In this document: positions 44,427 through 53,151 of the stretch, piece after piece | Layout: each line of letters starts with the position of its first letter | Position numbering within the stretch: the stretch's first letter is position 1 | Source of the DNA: a virus | Direction: 5' to 3' (one strand) | DNA length: 64,000 nucleotides | Virus record (IMG/VR): IMGVR_UViG_3300032087_006189 | Notes under the pieces: generated by a model | What the model was told of the DNA's origin: nothing | The model's input: only the letters and a program-made list of their open reading frames with translations | The model's database searches: none | Program-made: the position numbers and the translations under genes

Positions 44427-44884
44427 TGCAGACTTTCTTACCTTACGAGGACTATGAAGAGAGCGCGCGGGTGCTCGATGACAAGAGACTGGGAAAGCAA
44501 CGCAGCGAGAGCATCATCATTCTCAAGACGCTGCTTGGCATCTACAGGGCAGACAAGCGCAAGGGATGGCCCCACCATCCAGCGACAAAGATGTGGGCTG
44601 GACACGAGCTTGCGCTGTGCGATTACTCAATCGAGATCGCAAACGAGTGGATTCGCAGGGGCCACAAAGATACGACTCTGGAGTGGTTTGAAGACTGCAG
44701 AACAGACATCCTCGCTGGCTGCTTCATCTTCAACCGACCCGTTCGCTCCCCTCCTCCCTGGATCGGAGATGAACAGGTTCACGAGTCCCACCGTTCCAAC
44801 CTTCTTCGGAAGGAACCGGAGCATTACCGCAAGTTCTGGCCGGAGCTGCGGGACGATCTGCCGTATGTCTGGCCTGTGGAGTAG
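44426..44884 (+). CDS. Pyrimidine-dimer DNA glycosylase-like (MSMEG_6728 family)
   Basis: MQTFLPY...LDDKRLGKQR.E...HHPATKMWAGH...SHRSNLLRK...LPYVWP. Confidence 0.88.
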   Translation: MQTFLPYEDYEESARVLDDKRLGKQRSESIIILKTLLGIYRADKRKGWPHHPATKMWAGHELALCDYSIEIANEWIRRGHKDTTLEWFEDCRTDILAGCFIFNRPVRSPPPWIGDEQVHESHRSNLLRKEPEHYRKFWPELRDDLPYVWPVE

Positions 44885-44886
44885 CC

Positions 44887-45162
44887 ATGCAAGACCCAGA
44901 TATTTTTGTAGACAATACTTTCGGCAGATGGAGCGCAAGCAAGGTCAACGAGATGTTTGAGCTGATGCGCCGATGGAGAGGAATCATGAATCTCTCCGGG
45001 TTCACAAATGCCGCAAACGCTGGGTTCCTTTCTCAGCACGGCATTCGCAACATCGACGACCTGAACCGGCTCAAGGAGAAGATGGATGCGCTCTTGGACG
45101 GCAGCGCAGCTGAAGGAGATTCAGAGACGGTGGAAGAAAGAGACTCTACCGGAGATTGCTGA
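44887..45162 (+). CDS. Hypothetical protein
   Basis: GGAG RBS; 91 aa. Confidence 0.6.
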   Translation: MQDPDIFVDNTFGRWSASKVNEMFELMRRWRGIMNLSGFTNAANAGFLSQHGIRNIDDLNRLKEKMDALLDGSAAEGDSETVEERDSTGDC

Positions 45163-45448
45163 AGACCTTGGCGTCCCTTCGGGAACACTGAGGTCTTTGC
45201 TGCACCGACACGGAATCAAGTGTCCGGCGCCAAATCCAAAGTCCCGGAGAAGAAAGTTCGGCCCCATATCCGGGGCTGAAAGAGATCGAAGAAGGCGGTG
45301 GTATCGCATGTACCACCGCCTTCGTCTTGATGGAGTTCCTGCGCAAGAGGCTGTTCGCCAGCTTCAAGCGCAGGGCTGCGATCTGACTCGCCACCAGATG
45401 ACATGCGGCTGGTGGCACTACAGACAGACCCTCAAACACGACAAGTGA
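45086..45448 (+). CDS. HTH DNA-binding protein
   Basis: WTAAQL...TLPEIAEDLGVPSGTLRSLL. Confidence 0.6.
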   Translation: MRSWTAAQLKEIQRRWKKETLPEIAEDLGVPSGTLRSLLHRHGIKCPAPNPKSRRRKFGPISGAERDRRRRWYRMYHRLRLDGVPAQEAVRQLQAQGCDLTRHQMTCGWWHYRQTLKHDK

Positions 45449-45458
45449 GGAGGTGCAA

Positions 45459-45782
45459 ATGACCGAGATGAACACACCACCATGGCTCAATGGCCAGCCT
45501 GACTACGAAGGCTGGGTGGCCGAATACGGCGGCAAGGTATGGGGCGAGGTGGGAGAGACCTTGCACCCTCCGACTGAAGAAGGCCGACAGGCAGCAGAAG
45601 ACGAAGGCGAAGACTTCCGGAACTACTACGCCAACAAGACGGACGATGAGGACTACATCGAGACGCTGTACTTCGATGCGGCTCCGGTAGAAATCGGCCA
45701 CACGGAGAAGTACGGCTACGACATGTGCGACTGCTGCGACTGGGGCTACGGCTGGGTGGGTGAACCGGAAGGTGAGGGATGA
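45459..45782 (+). CDS. Hypothetical acidic protein
   Basis: GAGGAGG RBS. Confidence 0.7.
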   Translation: MTEMNTPPWLNGQPDYEGWVAEYGGKVWGEVGETLHPPTEEGRQAAEDEGEDFRNYYANKTDDEDYIETLYFDAAPVEIGHTEKYGYDMCDCCDWGYGWVGEPEGEG

Positions 45783-46102
45783 ACGAAGACCTGAAGAAGA
45801 AGATCGAGAGAGACGGGTTCGAGCTCGTCGATCTCGTCAATCTGGGCGAGCGGGAATGCACTCGCTTGTACGGAAAACAGGCTCTTCGGCAGATCAACGA
45901 AGCGCTTGATGAGGAGGGCCTTCCTCAAGTGGGGGAGGCCACCATCAACTTCTGGCCCAGCAGCCAGTTGTGCATGGACTGCGAGCACTCGGAGTTCGAG
46001 CCGCTGCTTGAGTCCGCGACATACAGATGCTGGGAGAAGGTCGTACTGGGCAGCTGCGCTGCTCGGTGCGGCAAGCAAGAGCCCAAAGAAGAGGAGGAAT
46101 AA
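45779..46102 (+). CDS. Hypothetical protein
   Basis: Coupled ORF. Confidence 0.65.
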   Translation: MNEDLKKKIERDGFELVDLVNLGERECTRLYGKQALRQINEALDEEGLPQVGEATINFWPSSQLCMDCEHSEFEPLLESATYRCWEKVVLGSCAARCGKQEPKEEEE

Positions 46103-46578
46103 TGGGTGACTACACTGGACTGAGATTCAAAGCCAAACTGACGCCACACGCGCACATGGCGCTGGTAATGGCAAAAGAGGTGCGCCGGTCTGCGTTTGCA
46201 GACGAGACTGTGCGGAACGAGGATGTCCCGTCCTTCTGGGACATCGTGCGCTCGCAAGGCATCAAGATCCCACCTGCTTTCCGGGCCGCTCCCCGAAGCA
46301 GCTTCATTCCGTTCGGCGCCGTTTGCTACATGCCGGAGGACTGGGGAGACCACAAGTTCGAGGTTCTCCCAGAAGGAATCATTGAGGTCGTGTGCTCGTT
46401 GAAGGACTTCGGGTACCGAAAGGATGGGGAAGAGCTGACGGAGATGTTCTGCGAAAAGGTTCTGCCTCTTCTCATCCGAGAGCCCTGCACAGCAGAAATC
46501 CTGTACGAGTACTGGGTTGAGTCACGGACCCGAGAGGTCATGCCAAAGGAGGAGTATGATCGACCTGAAGAGGGCTGA
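46102..46578 (+). CDS. Conserved phage hypothetical protein
   Basis: MGDYTGLRFKAKL...FIPFGA...CSLK; GAGGAGG RBS. Confidence 0.7.
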   Translation: MGDYTGLRFKAKLTPHAHMALVMAKEVRRSAFADETVRNEDVPSFWDIVRSQGIKIPPAFRAAPRSSFIPFGAVCYMPEDWGDHKFEVLPEGIIEVVCSLKDFGYRKDGEELTEMFCEKVLPLLIREPCTAEILYEYWVESRTREVMPKEEYDRPEEG

Positions 46579-46855
46579 AGAGTCCATCAAGCGGGCCGGC
46601 TTCCGGGTGGAGGCTGGCCCTTTCTACAATGACAACTACTTCAACATCCATGGCAAGCACATGGTTCGGATTCGGACCACTCTGTCACGCGCAGAGCTGG
46701 AGAGGATGGGAGTAGGAGTACAGGGCGCTGCGGCAAAGCAGCGCAGTGTGCGGTTTCTCGTAGATCCTGAAGATGGGTACCGAGTACAGCACATCACCGC
46801 CAGTGAGCGAAAGAAGCGCTCCAAGGAGTCTCGCAAGAGGCGCCGGAGTGCGTAA
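46556..46855 (+). CDS. Hypothetical basic protein
   Basis: GGAGGAG RBS; terminator at 46861-46881. Confidence 0.65.
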   Translation: MIDLKRAEESIKRAGFRVEAGPFYNDNYFNIHGKHMVRIRTTLSRAELERMGVGVQGAAAKQRSVRFLVDPEDGYRVQHITASERKKRSKESRKRRRSA

Positions 46856-46934
46856 GCACTGGGCCTTCGGGCCCTTTTAGCCAATACCTCAAAAAACCTG
46901 ACATAAGACCTGTGGATCAAACCAGGAGGTTTAG

Positions 46935-47486
46935 ATGATTCCACTGAAGATAGCGAAGGCACTGAAACGGATTGCGGAACTCGGCGCACCGCCGAATGGA
47001 ATGCTCGGATTACCCGGAGTTCACTTGGTCACAGACGAAGAGGATACAGCCGTCTTTGTTGAGACTACGAACCAGTTCATGTGCGTGCAGATCACCTACG
47101 ACGATGCGTCTTTGGAGAGCGACTGGTTCGACATCGTCATCCCGCACGATGAACTTCAAGCAATCGTGAAGTCGAAGGGAGCACATTCTCCCGACTTCGG
47201 GGAGTTCAGCGAGGATAAGGATTGGCCGCGGATCGTAGAGACATTGAGGGAGTTGGACGCCGGAGATACAGACAGCGTCAGCTTCTTCCCGAAGTCGGGT
47301 ATACAGCTATACTTCCTCTACGGGGTCGTTGCTGCGTTCAGGGATGTCTTCGGCGAGAACGCAGACATCATGATCGCACAGAAGGAATATGCCGGCCCCA
47401 TCCGGATTCAAACGGACTTCAAGTATGACGATACCGAGATGATCGTCCATGTCATGCCGAAGTGTCTCTGGAACGGCGAACAATAA
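46935..47486 (+). CDS. Possible beta-clamp-fold (partial DnaN-like) protein
   Basis: GVHL...ETTNQF...WPRI...GPIRI...VHVMP resembles clamp-domain patterns. Confidence 0.4.
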   Translation: MIPLKIAKALKRIAELGAPPNGMLGLPGVHLVTDEEDTAVFVETTNQFMCVQITYDDASLESDWFDIVIPHDELQAIVKSKGAHSPDFGEFSEDKDWPRIVETLRELDAGDTDSVSFFPKSGIQLYFLYGVVAAFRDVFGENADIMIAQKEYAGPIRIQTDFKYDDTEMIVHVMPKCLWNGEQ

Positions 47487-47581
47487 AAAAGCCCCGGGAG
47501 GGGCGGGAGTCACTCTCGGGAACGAGTGAGCGGGGACCAGTAAGGTAACCCCAACACTGCGCGACGCGCACCACAAAAGGA

Positions 47582-47917
47582 ATGATGATGGCAGATAGCA
47601 CAAAGAGCCTAAAGTCAGAGATTCAGGCCATTTCTCTGTATGGTACCGGGTCTCTTCAAAGAATCCTGCAAGCACTGGGCTGGTGGGCAGACGATCAAGG
47701 ATTGCGAGGAGAGTATGTGGCTGGACTGGCCAACAGCCTTACTTGGATGCTTGAGCAAGAAGACGCGCTGAAGGACCTGCTGGAGGCGCTAGATGTTTCG
47801 CATACATCGATGGCGCTTGAGAAGGTTGATGCCTTGACTGACAAGGTCGACTCCCTCGAGGCGAAGATAGAAGATCTGGAGCATCAGCTCGATGAGTGTC
47901 TTTGCGACAAAGACTAA
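47582..47917 (+). CDS. Hypothetical coiled-coil protein
   Basis: AAGGA RBS. Confidence 0.65.
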   Translation: MMMADSTKSLKSEIQAISLYGTGSLQRILQALGWWADDQGLRGEYVAGLANSLTWMLEQEDALKDLLEALDVSHTSMALEKVDALTDKVDSLEAKIEDLEHQLDECLCDKD

Positions 47918-48063
47918 AGAAGTGCCCGGAGAGAGGTAAGGGACGACCCTCTCTCCGGGCTGGCCTCGACGGAAAAAGGAGGTGAACCGGAGGCCTGTTC
48001 TTTAGCCTGTGAAATATACCGTGGGGCCAGTCATAAGCCAACTGGACAATCAAGGAGGCTTAC

Positions 48064-48537
48064 ATGTCGCACTGGTCCAATACTCTGCGTGGGGCGCAGT
48101 TCCTCGACGGCACTGTGCCGAGGCTGATTCGCGCAATTGAAGAACTTACGAAGACTCTGAAGGAGTCGCAAATGAAGGAAGATGAGGACGAGATCACTCG
48201 TCGGGTTTTGCACGCCGCACTCGATGCCTGCGGCGGAAGAAGTATCGACATCGCCGAAATGATCGACGATCTGGAAAGGAAGTCGAAGTCCGTTGCAAGG
48301 ATTCAGAAGGTGCTCGATCTAAGCACCTCACATGTCCCTGGCCCTGACCCCGACTGGGGAAACCTGCGGGCCGTTGGGCATGAGCACGGCTGGATCGTGT
48401 TCATCAACCCCAACCTTGACGGGATCCCGCTGTGGTGGCGACACATCGGAGAAATGGCAGAGGCGCATGGGTGCCTGATGGTCAACTTCGACTCTGCAGC
48501 TGACACTGTCGACTGCTTTGAGACTTGGGAGTGGTGA
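48064..48537 (+). CDS. Hypothetical protein, C-terminal DUF5983-like
   Basis: LDLSTSHV...HGWIV...GC.MVNFDSAAD; promoter motif at 48030. Confidence 0.6.
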   Translation: MSHWSNTLRGAQFLDGTVPRLIRAIEELTKTLKESQMKEDEDEITRRVLHAALDACGGRSIDIAEMIDDLERKSKSVARIQKVLDLSTSHVPGPDPDWGNLRAVGHEHGWIVFINPNLDGIPLWWRHIGEMAEAHGCLMVNFDSAADTVDCFETWEW

Positions 48538-48907
48538 ATGGCTGGAGGCAGAGTGATCGAACAAGGGATCATTCTCGGCAAGCCGTACCGAGTCTGGTGT
48601 TGCTGGGACACCGGCAAGAAGATTGTCTACTGGGGAAACAACGATCGTCCCGGCGGTAAGACGGGCCGGCGGAGGTCTATGAGATGGCTCAAGAAACAGA
48701 AGAAGCTCGAGAAGGAGCAGACATGACTACAGAAGAACTGAAGGCTGCGCTCAACGAGGCGCACAAGGACGACGATCCAGGACACCGAGAGATGTGGATC
48801 GAGTTTGTACTGGAAGAGGTCAAGGCAGGAACGCTGAAGCCCGTGATGGAGGATGGAGAGCTTTGCCTTGAGATGGTGTTCATGCCCGCGGGAGTGGAGG
48901 CGGAAGC

Positions 48908-50800
48908 ATGAGTAACTACGACGCGAGTAGCATCAGCGTCCTCGAAGGTCTCGAAGCTGTTCGCAAGCGCCCCGGCATGTACATCGGGGGAACGGGCAAG
49001 GCCGGGTTCCATCATCTCCTCTGGGAGATTGTGGACAACTCGGTTGACGAGGCCATCGCAGGACATGCGAAGAACATCTGTGTGGAGGTCTGCGAAGACT
49101 CCGCCGAAGTGACGGATGACGGACGGGGCATCCCGTTCGACAAGCATCCGAAGACGAAGACCTCTGCGCTGGATGTGATCTTCACGACACTCCACGCAGG
49201 CGGCAAGTTCGGAGACGGGGCGTACAAGACCTCGGGCGGCCTTCACGGTGTCGGCTCGAGCGTCGTAAACGCTCTGTCCGAGTGGCTGCATGTCAGCAGT
49301 ACCAGAGGCGGAGAACAGGCTACGCGCAAGTTCAGTCGCGGGAAGCCAGTAGGCCGACTGTCGAAGGCAAAGGCACCAAAGAGGGCACACGGCACGACCG
49401 TGTCCTTCAAGCCAGATGTGGAGATCTTCGGAGATCGAGAGTTCGACATCGACCTGATTCGGGAACGGATCAAGGTCCGCGCCTACCTGACTCCAGGTGT
49501 CGAGTTCACGCTTCTATACGAAGACGAGGAAGAGACCTTCTGCTTTGGCGGAGGGCTGATCGACTACCTTGCCGAGACTGTAGAGGTTGAGGAAGTCAGT
49601 CTGATCACAGACTTCCCTTTCTCTCTGTCAAATGACGAGCCTCGGGTACAGGTAGCGCTTGCATGGACGGACTCTTCGGACATGCAGGTGAAGTCCTTTG
49701 CCAATGCCATCCCCACTCGGGATGGTGGGACGCATGAGAAGGGACTCGACTCTGCGATCGTGACGGCCGTGCGGGAAGTCTTGGCGGACAGCCGGGATGT
49801 ACCCAAGCGGCTGAAGATCGTCCCCAATGACATTCGAGAGGGACTTCGGGCGTTCATCTCGGTGTTCGTGACGGAGCCGCAGTTCCAGGGACAGACGAAG
49901 GACCGCCTCAACAACCCCGAGGTGGAGAAGGAAGTAGAGACCGCAGTGCTTCGCAGCCTGCAGGACTGGCTTCGAAATAACTCAGAGCAGACGAGGGCAT
50001 TGGTTCAGCGCGTAGTTCGGGCAGCACAGGCACGAACCGCTGCTCGAACCGCTGCGGAGACCGTGAAGCGTGGATCGGCAGTTCATCGGCTTCGCCTACC
50101 CGGCAAGCTGTCAGACTGCAGTTCCAGCGACATGGAAAGTACGGAGCTGTTTCTCGTAGAGGGCGACTCTGCTGGTGGCTCTGCCAAGATGGCGAGAGAT
50201 CGAAAGGTGCAGGCCATTCTGGCTTTGCGCGGCAAGATCTTGAACACCGAGTGCGCCAGTCTGTCGAAGGTGATGAAGAACCAGGAGATCAAGAACATTG
50301 TCGAGGCACTCGGCTGTGGGATCGGTCCCAAGTTCAACATCAATCGTTTGCGCTACGGCAAGGTCATCCTCCTCATGGATGCGGACAGTGACGGGCATCA
50401 CATCGCGGTGCTTGCGCTGACCTTCTTCTTCCGGTTCCTGCCGGACTTGATCCTCGATGGTCGAGTCTTCCTGGCAGTGCCTCCGCTCTATCGGGTGGAC
50501 ATCGGGAAGAAGACATTCTGGGCACGAGATGACAAGCATCTCTCGGAGATCGTGGAGAGATACCCTCGGAGCAATCCAGAGGTGACGCGCTTCAAGGGTC
50601 TCGGAGAGATGCCGCCAAAGACACTGTGGAAGACAACGATGGATCCAAAGGCCCGCACACTTGAGCGGGTCACCATCCGGGAAGAAGATGTTGAGGAAAC
50701 TGAAGACACGATTGCAGGACTGATGGGCAAAGATGCGAGCATTCGATACGATATGCTCATGTCCCTGATGGCGTCCGGCAACCTGTCTTTGGACCTCTGA
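48908..50800 (+). CDS. gyrB: Type IIA topoisomerase subunit B (GyrB/ParE)
   Basis: EAVRKRPGMYIG, EIVDNSVDE, DDGRGIP, GGLHGVG, PQFQGQTK, VEGDSAGGSAK, LRGKILN, DADSDG, RFKGLGEM. Confidence 0.97.
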   Translation: MSNYDASSISVLEGLEAVRKRPGMYIGGTGKAGFHHLLWEIVDNSVDEAIAGHAKNICVEVCEDSAEVTDDGRGIPFDKHPKTKTSALDVIFTTLHAGGKFGDGAYKTSGGLHGVGSSVVNALSEWLHVSSTRGGEQATRKFSRGKPVGRLSKAKAPKRAHGTTVSFKPDVEIFGDREFDIDLIRERIKVRAYLTPGVEFTLLYEDEEETFCFGGGLIDYLAETVEVEEVSLITDFPFSLSNDEPRVQVALAWTDSSDMQVKSFANAIPTRDGGTHEKGLDSAIVTAVREVLADSRDVPKRLKIVPNDIREGLRAFISVFVTEPQFQGQTKDRLNNPEVEKEVETAVLRSLQDWLRNNSEQTRALVQRVVRAAQARTAARTAAETVKRGSAVHRLRLPGKLSDCSSSDMESTELFLVEGDSAGGSAKMARDRKVQAILALRGKILNTECASLSKVMKNQEIKNIVEALGCGIGPKFNINRLRYGKVILLMDADSDGHHIAVLALTFFFRFLPDLILDGRVFLAVPPLYRVDIGKKTFWARDDKHLSEIVERYPRSNPEVTRFKGLGEMPPKTLWKTTMDPKARTLERVTIREEDVEETEDTIAGLMGKDASIRYDMLMSLMASGNLSLDL

Positions 50801-50838
50801 ACATCTGGGGGCTTCGGCCCCTTTTTAGCTGGTGGACC

Positions 50839-51411
50839 ATGTACCGTTCAGAATCTACTTCAAGTTCCTTCAGTTCCGTCAATGGCAAAAGCCGGGGCGA
50901 GCTCAAGCAAGTTTTGAAAGAAAATGGCGCCGCACTGCGACGCCATGTCCGTACCAAGGACGGGAAGGTGACCAAGGCTACGGAGAAGGTGTCTTCTCTT
51001 AGCCCCGAGGTCCTGCGTTTTTTCCGCGATGAGCTCGAGAAGCGGGCATTCATCAATCCTGTTCGGGTGAATCAGGCTGCGCAGGGAATGCTTCCTGGCA
51101 GACCGCTGCTGACGCGCTTCGCAAAAAGCAAGGCCGGAAAGGCATACACCAACGCTGCTGTAAAGTACGGGCCGGCGCTACAAGACGCAGCAATGGCAGC
51201 GGGAGGAGCCGCGCAGACGTACCCAGAGCCGATGTTCATGTTGAACTCCGGTTTGGGCAGGGCTGCACGACACGGACTTGTTGGGGCGGGAGTCCCTGAA
51301 GCAGCCGCGGAGCTTGCTACTTTCGCCAAGCAGAACGATCCTGGAATCGTCTCCATGGCTGTACGCAAGGCTGCGCCGTTGCTTTCTCCTGTGGCCGACG
51401 TTCTTGCCTAG
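50839..51411 (+). CDS. Putative virion protein with internal FFRDELEKRA motif
   Basis: Motif shared with the cargo family. Confidence 0.65.
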   Translation: MYRSESTSSSFSSVNGKSRGELKQVLKENGAALRRHVRTKDGKVTKATEKVSSLSPEVLRFFRDELEKRAFINPVRVNQAAQGMLPGRPLLTRFAKSKAGKAYTNAAVKYGPALQDAAMAAGGAAQTYPEPMFMLNSGLGRAARHGLVGAGVPEAAAELATFAKQNDPGIVSMAVRKAAPLLSPVADVLA

Positions 51412-51722
51412 TTCCGAACGGCCTGCAGGTCTGCCTGAAGCTCGGGCACTGCATCCATCAGCAAACCGACCAGCGGCATGGCTGCACTGCGCATGTTTCC
51501 GTTGGCCGCAGCCTTTGCCAGTTCATCCATGATGTCGGCCGCAAGCAGCGCGATGTCCTGCGCCAGCTCCAGGTCCGCCTCATCGAGCTGACTGACTGCC
51601 CCTAGCTGCTTCAGCATGGGAGACGGCCGCTCGTCTGGGCCCACCTGCGTCCGCAGGATGGAGGAGATGAGCTTGACTGCCTTCATGGGATCTCTGCCGG
51701 AGTTGCGAACGCGCCGTGCCAT
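51408..51722 (-). CDS. Hypothetical protein
   Basis: GAGG RBS before MARRVRNSG. Confidence 0.7.
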   Translation of the reverse strand: MARRVRNSGRDPMKAVKLISSILRTQVGPDERPSPMLKQLGAVSQLDEADLELAQDIALLAADIMDELAKAAANGNMRSAAMPLVGLLMDAVPELQADLQAVRN

Positions 51723-51957
51723 TATGTACCTCTTTTTCTTCTGTAAGTAAATCCGCCCCTGCATGGGACAGGAAAATCTTAAGGCTGTAAGATCTTCTTG
51801 GCAAGTTTGGAAGCGAGGATAGTGATTTGATCGTTCACTAACGGAAAGAAAGGTTTCCGATGGAAACTCTTTTTCCTTTTAGCTCTATCCGTAGACTTCG
51901 AATGCACGCAGTTCTGTTGTGCGCTATGATTGCCAAAACTGAGCTATGGAGATCTAC

Positions 51958-52329
51958 ATGGCTGGCAAAGTCATCGTCCGTACCGCACAGCCGGGAGATA
52001 CTGCGAACGCCCGTAGAATCCTGGCTGATGTAGTTGCCACGACTGCAGCTCCGACTCTGGCTGGAGATGGGGTACTTCTTCAGCGAAACGAGTTCGTTCA
52101 CCTGTTCTTTGATGTGTCAGGGACGGCGCCAGTCTTTTCTGTCCAAATCTGGTGGTACAGCGCTGTTAGCGGCATGTGGCACAAGGGCGAGGCCCTCAAT
52201 GTCAACGACAACGACATCGCCACGATCGAGGTTCACGGACTCAGCCGCCTGTACCTGCAGGTGACTGCCATCTCCGGTAGCAGCACCCCGACGCTCAACG
52301 CATGGGCTGGGCTGGTGGTGCCGGTATGA
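51958..52329 (+). CDS. Putative virion structural protein
   Basis: Beta-rich; first gene of a three-gene operon ending in a fiber gene. Confidence 0.6.
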   Translation: MAGKVIVRTAQPGDTANARRILADVVATTAAPTLAGDGVLLQRNEFVHLFFDVSGTAPVFSVQIWWYSAVSGMWHKGEALNVNDNDIATIEVHGLSRLYLQVTAISGSSTPTLNAWAGLVVPV

Positions 52330-53144
52330 GCCGTAGGATCTTCAAACGCCGCTCTGGCGTGATTACTGGAGATCTCCTCCAAGACCCAGTCACCAACATT
52401 GCAGCTTTGCGCTTGATCGCAGCTCGAGATGTCGATGACGGACAGCTCGTGCTCGTCAAAGACGTGAACAACCTGTTCTCGTTCGTGTATGGGGACGCGA
52501 CGCCGGACGACGGAACCAGTGTCATTGCTCCCACCTACGACACCTCTGTTGGCCGCTGGAAGAAGATCGCCTTCTCGGGTGGCGGGAGCGGAGACTTTGC
52601 TGACAAGTGGGTGGACGTCTCCAAGATCTTGAGCACAGAGACAGTCACCGTAGATGCGGACCTGGCTGATGACGATCCCAACGAGGTGCGCCGAGAAGTC
52701 GTGGATGTCGAGGGGACACTGGATGTCGTGAACGGAACTGTCCATGCGATCCCGACGACCGAGCACTTCACGACGAATCTGAGCTTCGGCTACGCCGGCG
52801 TCGCCACCACGGTGACGGACGAAGAGTTCCTGGCCGCAGGCGTTGCCAACGGGCAGGGCTTCCGCGTGCCGTACGGGGGCGTGGTGAAGGCCCTGAGCCT
52901 GTACTGCATGGTCAACGCAGCCTCCTCGTCAACGGTGAGCCTGCAGATCTGGAAGAACGGAGTGGCGCAGGGCGCAGACTACACACTCGTGGTCAACCAC
53001 AACTCCCTCGACCCCATCAACGCTCAGATCGACTTCGAGACGCCGCTGATCTTTGAGGCCGGAGACCGGCTCACAGTGAAGCTGACTTCGACATCTTCTA
53101 CAACTACTCTCAATCACTCTGCCCTACTCTGGCTCTTCATCTGA
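52326..53144 (+). CDS. Putative tail fiber/spike-associated protein
   Basis: NIAALR...DDGTSVIAP...GRWKK tailspike-N-terminal-like motif. Confidence 0.6.
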   Translation: MSRRIFKRRSGVITGDLLQDPVTNIAALRLIAARDVDDGQLVLVKDVNNLFSFVYGDATPDDGTSVIAPTYDTSVGRWKKIAFSGGGSGDFADKWVDVSKILSTETVTVDADLADDDPNEVRREVVDVEGTLDVVNGTVHAIPTTEHFTTNLSFGYAGVATTVTDEEFLAAGVANGQGFRVPYGGVVKALSLYCMVNAASSSTVSLQIWKNGVAQGADYTLVVNHNSLDPINAQIDFETPLIFEAGDRLTVKLTSTSSTTTLNHSALLWLFI

Positions 53145-53151
53145 GGTCCCC

